Source of the DNA: Eledone cirrhosa
Lineage: Eukaryota
Length of the DNA stretch: 64,000 nt
NCBI GenBank assembly: GCA_964016885.1
Contig: OZ024745.1
Span: forward strand, 100,812,001-100,876,000
Direction of reading: 5' to 3'
Shown: positions 40,311-54,072 of the stretch, piece after piece
Position numbering within the stretch: the first letter of the stretch is position 1
Layout: each line of letters opens with the position of its first letter
Translations under genes and position numbers: made by a program
Notes under the pieces: generated by a model
Databases searched by the model: none
Seen by the model: only the letters and a program-made list of their open reading frames with translations
What the model was told of the DNA's origin: nothing

Positions 40311-42295
40311 GCTCTATCTATAGTAAATGTAATGTGAATGCGTACTTTGAATCTTATGTATTCGAAAATGAAAACACGCTAAATAAATGGTTGTACTACT
40401 CATTAAATAAAACAGGAAGAAATGGTGAGGCAGAGATAGCTCCAAAGAAAAAGGAGAGAAAATATAGTGAGTGGGAATTAGAGAGGCTTCTGATAAATTA
40501 ATTTTAGCAGAAAGTATGAATGAATGTTGAAAAGAGAGAGGGCGAAAGCGAGGAAGGGAGAAGGGATGTGTATATGATATCAAAGTGAGCGTTTGGTGGG
40601 AAATGCCGGGAAATGAAAGACAAGATGGTGGCAGGCTTTGATTGAGAGAGAAAAAAAGGGAATGAACTATACACATTGAGAGAAGAAAAGAGAAGAATTA
40701 TTAAATATCTGAGTGAGTTAGTAAGAATAATGAAGAGCAGGAGAGTAAAAAAAAAATGGAGAAATGGCTTTTCAAATAGACATGTAATTGCATGCCAAAC
40801 CCGAAGAAATTATCAGTCAGAGGGAATCTGTTAGATTTCAAATTAGAAAAACAAAGGTTATCACAAGTCAAAGCTCGATTGAATTGAAGAGAATAAACAC
40901 TACTAAATGACAACAAGAAACAGAAGCAAATTTTGATGAATGGAAAAAAGTTAAAATCAAACTCAAGAAAATGGAGTAAATCTTGAAGCAGAAAGATTAC
41001 GAATTACCGAACAGGGACCGGAATAGGCCGTTATTTTTGACAACCGCTATGCTAAAGATAATGATTTCTACTTTAATCATGAGGTCAGCATTTTGGGGCA
41101 GGTTCGGTGGGCATTATATCAAATCCCGCCGAGGTTGACTTTGCCTTTCATCCTTACGGGGTCGATAAAATAAAGTACCAGTAATGCACTGGGTAATTGC
41201 TGGCCTTGTGCCTAAAGTAGAAACAATTATATCAAATATAAAATTTGACTGGTACTTCATTTTATCGACTCCAGAATTATGAAAGGTTTAGGGCGTAAAG
41301 AACCGGAATAATTACAACAAGGTATTTTATCCAATACCCTGGCAATTCTCTCAGTATACAACCCTTGCTAATGATGATAAGGATTGTAAATATTGGTGCA
41401 AGCCCACAATTATTGGGTGAGAGGAATGTCAATGGGCTTAGTACACGAACGCTATTATTTCACAGACCTCAGAATGCTGAAATGGATCCAAGAGATATTT
41501 GACCTCAAAGCATAATGGGGCTTAATGGAATATATTGCTACAATGCATTTTATTCGTCTCTATCGATTCTCTTCTAAAGATGATTTCTAATATAAGCACA
41601 AGAAAACATAATCTGGTAGGAGTGCATAGTAAATTACATGGATCCCAAGTAAACCTGCATTTATTTTATAGAACCTTTAAGGTCAAAAGCAAAACAAACC
41701 TCAGAATGTAACTAAATACCATGAAGCACTCTATCTAGAGCGCTACGATATTGCCGCTTACCACACTTTACCATATGCAACATAATTAATGTGTAGAGAA
41801 ATAAAATAGCGTGGGCATTGGACGTAATTGAATCTAGTGCATAGTAAGATAAATTAAAAAAATGTGCTTAATTTGAAGCAGTTTTCATACGATATTTATT
41901 AAATAAGTTGTCAGAAAGAGCACATTCCTGTTGATAATACGGTGGCTTACTGATTATGCTGATGTGTTAATAATTGTTTTGGCAGTGAGCTATATAATGA
42001 GTTTCAGACAGGAGTAGATGGTTAAAGGTTTGCATTAAATTACATTATGTAGTGAAAGAAGGAGGTATTTAATTTGCGTACGTACCTAGAAATGCAGGTG
42101 CTTTTTCACCAACTCACATACGCACTGCCAAACGCACACTATTTCCACGCCACTAATTCTCACATAATATCTATATCTTTCCTCGTAAATTAATATATTC
42201 CCAATTTTTACAATTTATAACCCATACCAGTTAGTCATTTTCAGTCACCTCCTTTCTTGTCTCTATTTAGTCTTACTTTATGTACTACGTTGACG

Positions 42296-42820
42296 CTAAA
42301 CTCCGCCAGTTGCAGACTGCGTATGAACATGAGATATTTTTCTCCACAAAGTTCGATCACCAACAGCAGAGTTTAAAGAGCAAAGATCAAGTCCAGTCCA
42401 TAGGTTGACATTATCAAGCCATGGTTTTGGCTGCCGGCCTCTGTTTCTCTTACCAGTCAACCTTCCTTCCAGGCATAACCTACTCACCATGATTTGATCT
42501 TTTTATATGACCGTATAGTTTGAATACTCATGACTTGACAATTGATGTAATTGGTCTAAGTCTGGTAATGTTGAGCAGCCCACTAATACAGATACGGTCG
42601 CTGAGCCACTTGCCAGTCATAAGTCTCATGATGTGGTTCTGAAATGTAGATAGCTTCTGAAGTGACCTTGTCGTCCAATTAACACAATCAAGACCACATG
42701 TAGCAGTGTTCTATAAGAACACTGCTTTATTCTACCTATACTTCTTAATCTCCATCGAGTTTCACAACCCATCAGATGTCATTTAATAGTTCCAGTAGCA
42801 AGTCAATTTTTCTAAGCCTA
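42296..42820 (-). mobile_element. Degenerate RTE-like LINE 3' fragment
   Basis: LEGRLTGKRNRGRQPKPWLDNV...DRTLWRKI. Confidence 0.75.
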
Positions 42821-44154
42821 TTGCTTAACCTTTCTTCATTTATGGCGAAAGGGACGATGTGAGTAGTTGTCCCATGATCCTTTGCGAAAAGTAGTCAATT
42901 CATAGAAAGGGATTGGCGTGGGAATGGGAGGAAGAGATGGAAAGAAAAAATCGAACTTGTACTTGTCTGGTAATTTCTCGACCTCTTATGAAAGGCAAAT
43001 TTGACCGCAGTAGGATTTTAACTGATAACACACAAGGCTGGAACACACACCACACGGTAACAAATGTAACTAACGATTCTGGAAATTCGACACCTTTACA
43101 AAACGTCTTTATCGTAAGCGAATTGTTAGATTGTCGACTAATTTCATGCCAATTTTAAATAATTTCTTTATATTAGTGTTCGCAATATTCTTAAAGCTTA
43201 ATTCAAACCAACATGTTATTATATATATCGTCTATCATTTGTGAAAATATTCCAAATGCTCAGAAAGTTTAAGCAGTTTTTGGTAGTGAAACGTGATCAT
43301 ATTGTAAACTTTAATCATATCCCAAACCACCATAATTCGGATTTAATACTTGATAGGCAATTCAATTTGCTTTTTAATCTTTATAATATCGTCTTCTCAA
43401 AGTGCAAAAAAAAACAAAAAAAAAACAAACTTTACTATTCAAAACGGAAGAAACACTTAGTCAGAGTGCATTGATACATAAATAAGGAACAAACTACAAG
43501 AAGTTATATGTTAGCGACCACATTAAACATTTGGCCATCCTGAAACTGTTACTTTTAGTGTCATATACGAGCTACATTATCTGATTTGTTTCGGAAAGTC
43601 TGTCGATAAAAATTAAACTTACGATTTCTGCATGAGCTTTTAACAATAAAGTAGATAAAAGTTTATCTGAATGTCCATGGATCACTTGAGTCTAAACTTT
43701 CTACACGGCAACACTTATACACGTTTAATCTCATATTTATTATTTCCTTTGGATAAACCGTAACAAACATAAAAAGTGATATTCTGACCAGATATATATA
43801 TTCTTAGATCTTTTAGAAATGTCGAATGCAATGAAAACGTTTTAATATATTAACCGGAAAACGTGTGCAATTTAAACGGATTGAAATTCAACACAAGTTC
43901 TATAACATTTTCAATTTCACCTTCAATCAGGCTAACATCGTTATTTGCTTCACGTTAATCACCTCACTGACAATAACACATTAAATGTTTCTCTTCAAGA
44001 ACCTAAAAGAATTGTCCATTGGTCAACGATAAATCCACTTATGTGAATAGCAACGATACTGGCAATTTCAAATATACAGCATATTCAACTCTATCAAAGC
44101 AATCCTCCTTAATAGTGTGTCTTCTATTATAATTCCATAAACATCTAAGATATA

Positions 44155-44340
44155 TTTGGCAGTATCGGTGGAGAGTCGGACACCATGCTTTGCAACATAG
44201 AGTTACGGCCCTTTAAAGTCTGAATTCAAATCCCGCCGGGGTTAACTTTGCCTTTCTTCCTTATGGGGGTCGATAAAATAAAGTACCAGTAATGCACTGG
44301 GATAATTGCTGGCCTTGTGCCAGAAGTAGAAACAATTATC
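44155..44340 (+). mobile_element. SINE family 1
   Basis: Full head, core and tail. Other partial copies lie at 34960-35090 and 41120-41230. Confidence 0.85.
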
Positions 44341-46937
44341 ATATTACATTACAAATCGACCTCGGTACTTGACTGCTACTATATTTTATGGATTTAGGAA
44401 GGCTGGAAGTCAAAATTGATCTCAGTGGGATTTGAGCTCAGAATATAAAGAACAATAACTAAATACCACACCGCATTTTATCCGAAGCTGTAACGATTAT
44501 GAAAAAAACAAACTAATAATACCATTTACACCATGAAATATTGATTGGCCCATTGACTTGTGTCTGAGAACCACATTGTACCAGGAAATCATTCAAGCAC
44601 AGAGAAAACAAGTAAAACATAATCCTCCCAATTCTTGAGAATCTATTAACATTTGTGTAAAATTGAAATTCGAGTCAACCAGTTATCTACATTTTTATTG
44701 TAATTTCATAACCCCCACTTCAAATAATTGGCAGTCACGCATATGTATATCAGGGATAGAGTTATAAACAAGCAAAATAGCTATACAGCTAATTATACAT
44801 TTGTTTAAATCTTATTTCATATTGCAATAGTGTTGTTGATAATGAGTTTCCAACGGGACAATCGCAAGTTCACGCTATCTATGATGGCTAGAGTAAGAAA
44901 GGAGTGTATGAGCAACTCTGACAGATTAGTTACCATAATGATATTCTATTCGAAAACTGTGGTTAAAGAAAGGCTCAATTTTGGAAATGGATTAAAAACA
45001 AATATCCACCGAGGAATAAATATGAAGAACACAAGAAGTTTCATCAAGTTTAGCAAAGATTAGATTAATTAGATATTAATCTCTGTGCTAATATAGCCTC
45101 CACACTTCTCAGCATACGGAAGACTTATTTTAACTAATTAAAATTTGGAAGTTTGTTGTTTTCACCCGCCTCGATCAGGTCTAAGCATTTGTCTAATGCG
45201 GTAATTTTCAATCGCTTTTGTCGAATCACGCCACACTTAATGAAATGCTAAATGTGTTACGGTCCATATATATATATAAAACAAGTATTAATTTTTTTTT
45301 TTAATAGAGATTGCAGTTTTATGCATTGAAAGGTTTAGATTTCTAAATACCCTCTTATTTTCCGACTTGTCTTATAAACGTGCCATGTATCTGTGAGCCA
45401 AACGTAGAAGACAAATATTCTGCAAAACAAGAGTTAAAGACGTCTAATGTGTCCCTTCTTTGCTGAAGGTGGTGACTCTTGATTAATTATACGCAATTCT
45501 GTATGCGATTTATTATATACAAGTATCTACATACGAACTGTGGACGGGGGTTTAATCGAAATATATTTAGAAAATGATATAACTTGACATTTGGTTTGTA
45601 TAATTAGAGATTTTATAACTAAAGAAAGATAAGAAGACATATCAAATTCATAATTAAGGATTAACAAAAAAAAAATTTTAAGAAAGGCAATCAATATTAC
45701 ATTACTCGCGTGGAATTAGTTTTAGGGTATTATGTATGAAATTGTAAGATCTGATGGAGTCGTATGGGTGCCGTAGTGACATACGGCGTTTGTTGGGCAT
45801 TTTAAGTCTGGCGGACAGCAGTTCTCTTCCAGGTCTGAACCTAGCAGATTTCTCCCAGAGTAGGAAAAGGAGTGAGAGAAAGGAAATGATACGAATCGAC
45901 CCCAGTACTAGAGTACGAATCGACCCCAGTACTAGACTGGTACATTTTTTTTATCGACCACGGCGGGATTTGAGAGCCGAGCGCCAGAACGAATTCGAAG
46001 TTCTAACGACTCTGACAATTCACCGCTTAATTCTAGTTTAGAAAAAGTAATATGCGGGTATCAACTATAAATATTTTCCTTTTAACATTTGGTTAATTCA
46101 AATAGCTTTGCACACTTTTAGAGCTGTACGTGTAATCTATTCAGATAATGAGAATAATAATAAAAGAACAACGGCACAGTTGTTTTGGAATACTCGATTA
46201 AATCCAGATAACACAAAATTCCTTGCAATCCTGGAACTATCTAAAACAGAAATCAATATTCTTGCCAAAGAATACAAGTTTGTGGGTTCTGAGATAAAAT
46301 CCTCCCTCGGTATCGCTTTATTTCACATATTCGATAACATTAGTACCACATATCTCCTGTCGTTTATTTTATTTAATATACACCTCTTCTACGGGTCTGT
46401 AACCTTGTACTAATGGGAAATAAATACAGCATTAAATTGTCTGAAAAGGTAGGACGTCGAATTATATCATAATACTAGATTTAAACTTGAAAAGCCACTA
46501 GCGTCGAAATTACATTTGAACCTCTCCTGGGTAAATAAGATACGAACCGGTGATAGGAGCAAGCATGGGTCGGAGGTTAAGGAGTTCGCTTCATTACCCA
46601 GTTATTTCAGGTTTAGTTCCACCGTGTGCCACCTCAAGTAAGTGTCTACTTGCCTTAGGTTGATCCTTGCATTGTAAGTAAAATTTGGCGAAAGAGCATT
46701 GTATGGAAGACTGTCTTACACACACAAACACATATGTATGTATTCTTTCGAATGAAACAGTTCTATTCTTGTAGAAACCATTTCTATATTAAATTTGATA
46801 TATATATATTTATATATATTTTACTCTGAGCGGTAATGAATTAACACCTAGTCCCATTGAGTGCTTTGTAATTGCCTCAAACAACTCGAATATTACCTGC
46901 TATATGGCAGTTACAACGTCGATTTATATATATATAT

Positions 46938-47162
46938 AATGAAGGAAATGTGATAAGGAACCAGATGGACCATAACGCACCAAAGTACTCAATACTTAGG
47001 GTAGTAGAGTGGGTAATAGGAACGAGTAGGACCCCGACGGCTAAGCTCAAGCCGTTTCGACGGCTAATTCTGGACTAAAATCAGTTTTGCAACCCAATAC
47101 TTTTTAGTCCAGAATTAGCCGTCGAAACGGCTTGAGCTCAGCCGTCGGGGTCCTACTCGTTC

Positions 47163-47164
<2 letters not shown>
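46938..47164. mobile_element. Fold-back element, family D (about 62 bp arms, left arm extended), in (TA)n
   Basis: 47018-47080 pairs with 47101-47164. Homologous to 59603-59987, 37288-37350 and 48931-48976. Confidence 0.85.
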
Positions 47165-47228
<64 letters not shown>

Positions 47229-48854
47229 GGAATAGTACTATTGAGCTTTAGTAATGCAATTGATTTAATTCTGATGACATGAAAACTGAACGGAACATTT
47301 TCGAAACCAAATAATGTAAAATATAGTTTTATCGTGATCTTTGGAGGCCATTATCAAGAGATAAATAATTCTTTTTGCAGTGACCTGTCAGATCTTCACA
47401 TTTCTGTAAAGCAATGTCTTGTTGAAAGAAACTAATAGTTTAACAATTATATACAACACTTGTTAAACACTGAAGTATTAATACCTCCCCCGGATGAATT
47501 CGTGAGGAATTGGTTTGGATTCGATTCACATTTGAAAGCAATTCACTTCCCTTTTACAACTAGTAATCTTGAGAAAAGTACGAATGCCCCAAATTTCTAC
47601 CCCCCGCTCAAATTTCTATTTCACATCACATGATATGTAGGGAAATGCTTTCAAACAGGGCAACAATGTCTAAGATTTAAAAACGTATTCGACGAGTGTG
47701 TGTGTATTTGGGCTGCAAAATTGATGTATACACAATTTAAATAGTAACACAGTTTGGTTTCTTGAAATCCAGACGATCGTAATGCTATTCAATCTATATG
47801 TATACATTTATAATTGTGTAATAAGTTGAACGAATAGTGGCTCCATTCAAATCATAGATATTGGAATGTTAATTCTAAATATACCTTAAAGGTAAGAGAA
47901 AAACAAAACTATTGTTAAACCACGAAAGGAAATGAGATTAATAATAGTAGATATATAAGTTTTCCGGACTGGTAATAGAGTGTTTAGGATTCTAGAGGAT
48001 AATTGCATTAGTCATGAAGCCAGGTTTGAAAAGAAAATGGACAAATCTTTCCCTCAGTCTATCTGTCTGTTTGTGTGTATGTCAGTCAGTTTGTATAATT
48101 GCCTGTATGAGTGTTATTTTCCACTTCCCTTTCCTCTTGCTCATAAACCTACCGATCACTTTCCTCGCAATTTCTTCCATTTCCTAATCTCTCTTCCCTC
48201 CAATCCTCTTCCCCTCTCAATTGATAACTTGCCGAGCAGTAATTCATGTGAAATACCTTTTTTTCCCCTCTATATGCAATTTGCGTTGACCAGATTTGGC
48301 ATTCAGAAGGCCAAATTAGACAAGGGAAAAACTGTTTAAATTTAAGTACATGCCAAACGTTGTTGTTTAGCCCCGGGTCAGCCCTGATCGAGCAGATATC
48401 TGATGAAAGGTATTCCAGCTGTGGCCTGTCAATTTTCTTTGGTGTGTGTTTATCGTGGTGGTGGTGGTAGAACTACATTATCTACTGTATCCTTCCTTTA
48501 GAAAACAACGTGTGGAGGGAAGTTTGGGGGTAATTCGACCGCTATTTCTAGCAGGTTGATCGATAACGGTAAGGCTCCTTTATTGACTCATGTATGTGTG
48601 TAAAGAAAACAAAAAAATATATATATATATTATGTGTATGTGTGTGTAAAAAGTAAACAGAAATAACAAAGCAAACAACACAGTACAATAAAGAAATATA
48701 TTAGTTTAACGCTTAAAATATCAGGAAAAGAGTCTTAACGTTATATATATGTTTATATATATATATTAATTAAAATAACAGATTAAAGTTTAAGCAAAGA
48801 ATCGCTGCTTTCACCCTTAACGGGATCTTCGCATTTATTATTATTACTACATAT

Positions 48855-48930
<76 letters not shown>

Positions 48931-48975
48931 TTAGCCGCCGAAACGGCTTGAGCTCAGCCGTCGGGGTCCTACTCG

Positions 48976-49013
<38 letters not shown>

Positions 49014-49019
49014 AATATA

Positions 49020-49295
49020 TTGGACCGTGATCTCTAGCGTCACGCAGTAATACAGAAGTCCCGACTTCCCACGGGTAAAAGCCGAAGCTGAAGCATATAG
49101 AGAGTATTCCCCCACCACTCACTCTAAATGAGGTTGGTGTTAGGAAGGGCATCCAGCTGTAGAAATCAAGCCAAAATCAGTTCCCGTATGAGCAAAAGAA
49201 GGTCACCCGACCTAACATCGCCCACAACAGGACAACCCGTCTAACCCATGCTAGCGTGGAAGAATGGACGTAAAACGGTGATGATGATGATGAGG
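49020..49295 (+). mobile_element. SINE or LINE-tail remnant with (GAT)n tail
   Basis: GGTTGGTGTTAGGAAGGGCATCCAGCTGTAGAAA...AACCCATGCTAGCGTGGAA...(GAT)n. Confidence 0.55.
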
Positions 49296-51159
49296 ATATA
49301 TATATTTACGTATACATCTGTATATTGTTTTCTAGTCTTAGGTTAGCCTTGACCGAACTGCCTATTATCAAAAGCAGTTTAGCCACGGCCATTTTGCTTT
49401 AAAGGAAAGAGATATATTATATTATCTAAGGTATCATTTTTCTAAAGACACTATGGTGTGATTTGAGAAAGATTTAATTGCTCATTCTTACACTTCGACA
49501 ACCGAGTAAAAGTCTCATCGTTATCTCAAATGTACAGTGAATAAGACTACATGGTCGTGGTGAGAATTGATACATAAGCTCATACTACGTAAATAGGAAT
49601 ATATGCAGTCGTGATGGATGCAGTTTACTCAACATGACTATGTAAGCAATTTTCTCGTGAGGCATAGAATGAACGCATTTCAGCTATTATTACTTATTTG
49701 TAAATTAATAAATATATATACATAAGATTTTTTTAAATCTCTAAGAGAGTTTCAAGTGTCAAATTAAATCAGTTGTTAGGAGCAACTGAGCTGGAAAGTT
49801 CTGTAAAAAGGAGTTGTTACCTGAGGTAGGTAGTTGAAGTCGTCCGTTTATGAAGACGAGAGGAGTGGAATACAATAATAGCGCTGGTTTCTGGTGAAAT
49901 TTAACAGATCTCATAAAATAATGTGTAATTGGGGAGAATGAGAAATTATCATCACATCTAATAAAGAAAAATACGATAAAATAATTTGATATAAAAACGT
50001 AATTTCTCAAATATAACCTAATAGTTTCTGTCGTGTACAAAGTTTGTATATATCTGTTGTTTTTCGATTTTTGAAAATTAAAGACGCGTTAGTAAAATGA
50101 AATGCATTCATCAACATCATCGCAACGTGTACAAAGATACCGAGTATCTAAGCTTGTCAATAGACACTTAATGTATGTTCTCACGTAATCTTCAAATATT
50201 TCAACTCTAGCAATGGTTACCTTTAATCGTGTGACATTCAAGATGTTACACCGGTAAAAACTAGGGTTTGGGTAGTATTAAAGAAAACAAGAGAAATAAA
50301 ATGAAAAATAAAAAAAGAACAACTAATCACTTGTGTAAATAAATATAATAGACAACAGAAAATAAGTAAATGTCATTGAACTGAAATGCAAATTTCGTGT
50401 CATTGGAGTATTTAATAGATTATATCTCAACCCATTATGTAGTCAGGTCCTTGTGCCGTGAGTTTAACTGTGCAACTATAATTTATGAAATGACACACTC
50501 AGAAGAAGATAAACAATAATGTCATTGTTGATTATTCAATGATATCTTATTACATCATACAACTGAAGATATCTTTCTTTTATTTCTTGTAGTTGTTTAG
50601 TCCAGGCCACCCCATGTCGACCAGACACATGATCAAAGGCATTTTATATGTAAACCATCCTTTATATATTTTATATAAGGGTTTATACTGTACAATGTTT
50701 TCTTATTTATTTAAGACGTTAGTACATCAGCGTCTTCTAGGATTTTTTGTCGATGTCTCTGCTGCCGTTACATTTCCTTTCATCTGTATGTTTTCAACGG
50801 ACAGAAAATCCTCCTGTAGTTTTAACAGCCACAAGTGAAGCAACACCGATTCCTACTCTGCTCTACTATTTTCATCGGTTTTCCTCCCACATCCACAACT
50901 AAGGAATAGTGGTGGTATGGCCATGGGGCTTCGGTGATAATAAGGATTTGTATTCCCATCGTGATTGCAGCTAATCACATTTCATTCTCTGTGACCTGCG
51001 CACACATTACCTATTCATACTATATCACAAAGGTGATGACGCTTTAAGGGTCAACGTTATTTAAAACAGCTATGATCCTAACCCTCGTATTCCTTATCCT
51101 AAATGCTGTGACACAATTGTATGAGCTGATGTATTCAGACGTGCTCAGTCTGTTTGATT

Positions 51160-52871
51160 CACCATGTAACATTTTTTCCCCCCGGTTCTAAGTGTCATTT
51201 CATGGTTTGTTATATCCCATTATTATAAAAAAACACTATTATTTAATCAGAAGTTTGGGTCAGGAGTTTGATATTTCGAAATGTTCATATTTTTCAAGAA
51301 AAAACACATTTTTTAAAAATTTATCAGTTCATATAATTAAATCAACAGAGTATATATTTATTTTATTACACAATCTTATCAAAAGCAAACAAACAAATAA
51401 CACTTATAAAGCAACTTATGCACGTCAGAAATGACTGGATTTCCTGGATTTGCGGTTGTAGTCCAGGTCGCATTCCGCACTAGCCCCCAGACATAGTCCC
51501 CCATCATTTTTTCATTGTAGTGGCCCTGGTACCTCCGTTCTATCTCTTTCACATCTTGGTGAAATTGTTCGCCATGTTCTTCTGAGTAGGCGCCCATATT
51601 GTCCCTGAATTTTTCCAGGTGAGCGTCCAGCATATGGAGTTTAAGCGACATCCTGCATCTCATGGCGCCAAAAGCCTTTATCAGATCCTGCACCAGTTGC
51701 TGGTAGTTTTCAGCTCTGTAGTTGCCCAGGAAGCCCTTAATAACTGCCTTGAAACAGTTCCATGCTGTTCTCTCAATCCTATTGAGCTTATTGGAGAACT
51801 CAGTAGACTTAAACACCTTCTTTATCTGAGGTCCAACAAAAATTCCACCTTTGATTTTGGCCTCAGATAACTTGGGGACGAACTCAAGAAGGTACTTAAA
51901 AGCGGCTGATTCTTGGTTGAGAGCCTTCAAAAACTGCTTCATCAACCCCAACTTAATGTGCAGTGGCGGCATGAGCACAATCGTGGGATCAACCAGTGGC
52001 TCCCACATGACGTTCCGGGTCCCAACTGCAAATTCTGTTTTCTGCTCCCAGTTCTTTCTTTTGTAGTGGTCACAGGCGGCTCTGCTGTCCCAAAGGCAAA
52101 GGAAGCATTGGAATTTGATAAAGCCTTCTTGGAGTCCAAGCAGGAAAGCCACCATCTTGAAGTCTCCAATGACTTCCCAATTGTACTGGTTGTATTGCAG
52201 AGCTTCCAAGAGGACTTTCACACTGTAGTAATCTTCCTTCAGACAGACTGAATGAGCTAGGGGTAGTGTTGGGAACTTGTTTCCATTGTGGAGGAGGACA
52301 GCCTTCAAACTTGTGGTGGAAATGTCTATAAATAGCCGCCACTCCTTGGGCACAAACGGCACCCCAATAACGTCAAACAGTTCAGGCACGTCATGGCAGA
52401 AGCAGAGGCCATCCCTAAGAGTGTAAAAGCCTGAGAAAGGTTCGTGTCGACTTCTCTGACTTTTCACCTGCACTTCCTCCACTGCTTCATCCCAGAGACG
52501 AATGCTTAAAACACAACTTACCCTTTTTTCAGGGTGCGTAAATCCAGTATCATTAAATCTCTTTAATCCACTTTTTAACAATTTTATACTTTATTGCACT
52601 TTTATAATTTTCTTTAGGTATTACTCTTTATTTTATAATTTTAATTTAACCTTAAACATTTATTTAAAAAAATCCTTTAACATAAGCAAATTAAACTTAC
52701 ATACAACGTAAAATCCAGCATTCAAATAATTCTAGTGAATAGCTTAGAATTTTTACAAACCCAAACTTTTAACTGTTTAATAACACTTTTTTTTTTATTT
52801 GGGACCTAAGCAACACAAAAAAGTGATTACAAACCAGGAACAGAGAAAACATTTTTTTTTGTTACATGGTG
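51160..52871 (-). mobile_element. Chapaev3-like (CMC superfamily) DNA transposon, internally deleted
   Basis: TIRs CACCATGTAACA (51160) and TGTTACATGGTG (to 52871) enclose the transposase ORF. Confidence 0.85.
51379..52581 (-). CDS. Chapaev3-like DDE transposase core, N-terminally truncated
   Basis: 400 aa open frame with WRLFID, LKAVLLHNGN, GDFKMV..LLGLQ, CFLCLWDSR, PPLHIKLGLMKQF, KIKGGIFVGPQI, MSLKLHMLDAHL and SEEHGEQFHQD. Confidence 0.85.
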   Translation of the reverse strand: MLKSGLKRFNDTGFTHPEKRVSCVLSIRLWDEAVEEVQVKSQRSRHEPFSGFYTLRDGLCFCHDVPELFDVIGVPFVPKEWRLFIDISTTSLKAVLLHNGNKFPTLPLAHSVCLKEDYYSVKVLLEALQYNQYNWEVIGDFKMVAFLLGLQEGFIKFQCFLCLWDSRAACDHYKRKNWEQKTEFAVGTRNVMWEPLVDPTIVLMPPLHIKLGLMKQFLKALNQESAAFKYLLEFVPKLSEAKIKGGIFVGPQIKKVFKSTEFSNKLNRIERTAWNCFKAVIKGFLGNYRAENYQQLVQDLIKAFGAMRCRMSLKLHMLDAHLEKFRDNMGAYSEEHGEQFHQDVKEIERRYQGHYNEKMMGDYVWGLVRNATWTTTANPGNPVISDVHKLLYKCYLFVCF

Positions 52872-53005
52872 TTATTTCTGACTCGTTCGTTAACATAATT
52901 CCTCGTCCAACTGAGGTAATGTCCTTCCAAACGCTGAACACATTCGTGTTACTGGTGAGATAGATAAATGGGATATTATTTTCTTTTCTCGTTCCTTAAT
53001 AATGT

Positions 53006-53197
53006 CAGACCTGTCAACACTCCCCGTCCGATGGGGAGATCTCCCACCCATTTTGGGGTGGGCGAGGGATGTTTTCTCTTGTGAAAATGGATATAGCTTT
53101 CATTATGTAAAATCTCTACATTTTGTCTCATTCCTCCCCGTTTTGGGGCCCTTCTTATAGTACTCTCCGTTTGTGTTTTTAGAGTTTGTCAGGTCTG
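53006..53197. mobile_element. MITE with 6 bp TSD
   Basis: TIRs CAGACCTGTCAACACTC / GAGTTTGTCAGGTCTG, flanked by taatgt on both sides. Confidence 0.75.
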
Positions 53198-53417
53198 TAA
53201 TGTGGTCAGCCAGAATAGAATGTTTCTTCGTCAAGTCTGCCATACTTTCAGGGCAATTTCATACATCATCATTCATACAAAACATAAAACGGCAAAAGAG
53301 AATTACAGAGACGTATGGGGTATGATAAACAAGTTGTATAAAAACGTGGGTGGGAGAAGGGCTTTGGACAATATATAAAGACATTGAACATTTGGTGCAA
53401 ATACACATATAGAATAA

Positions 53418-54072
53418 ACTAGCTGACGTACCCAGCTTCGCCAGGGGAAACAGATGAATTGCTTTTATTATCAGTATTCATTTTGAGCAATTGTCAAAAA
53501 ATGACAATAATAAATATAAAAGATGTCTGTCAATGTAAAAAAAGGTCCCTATTTACTCCCTTTACAACTCTGTGTATGTTAGACTGACCGACAGGCACAC
53601 AAACAGATAAACTGCGTGGCGATTGTGGAACGCCGCACGTACACACACATTCATGCATAGAAACGCGCACACGCACGAAAACTTACACACGCACCCGTGC
53701 ACTTACATACACGCACACACTCACACATGTTGATAGTTTTTACTTTCTGTGGAACGCTGCACGCACGCACACACACATAAACATACGCGCACACATGTTA
53801 ATAGTTATTGCTTTCCTTCCCCTCTTATTTCCACACACATCACGCACACAGACATGTCTCTACACTGACACATATACATAGTGTATCCAACACACCGTTC
53901 ACTTTGCCTCTCTGTTTCTTACACACCCCTCTCACTCCCTCATTGGCATTATGCATATTAATTTAAGTTTGGCGCCGTTGAGGTGGGCGGAGTCGTTTGA
54001 AACCTATGAACCAATGATAATCGAGAATTGTGACACACGGAATACTGACATTGTTGAAATTAATATATAGAT
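53418..54072. mobile_element. Non-autonomous Helitron/Helentron-like element
   Basis: One end ACTAGCTGACGTACCCAGCTTCGCC, other end TTAATATATAGAT, with internal CA-rich repeats. The same terminus is reversed at 61953-61980. Confidence 0.55.
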
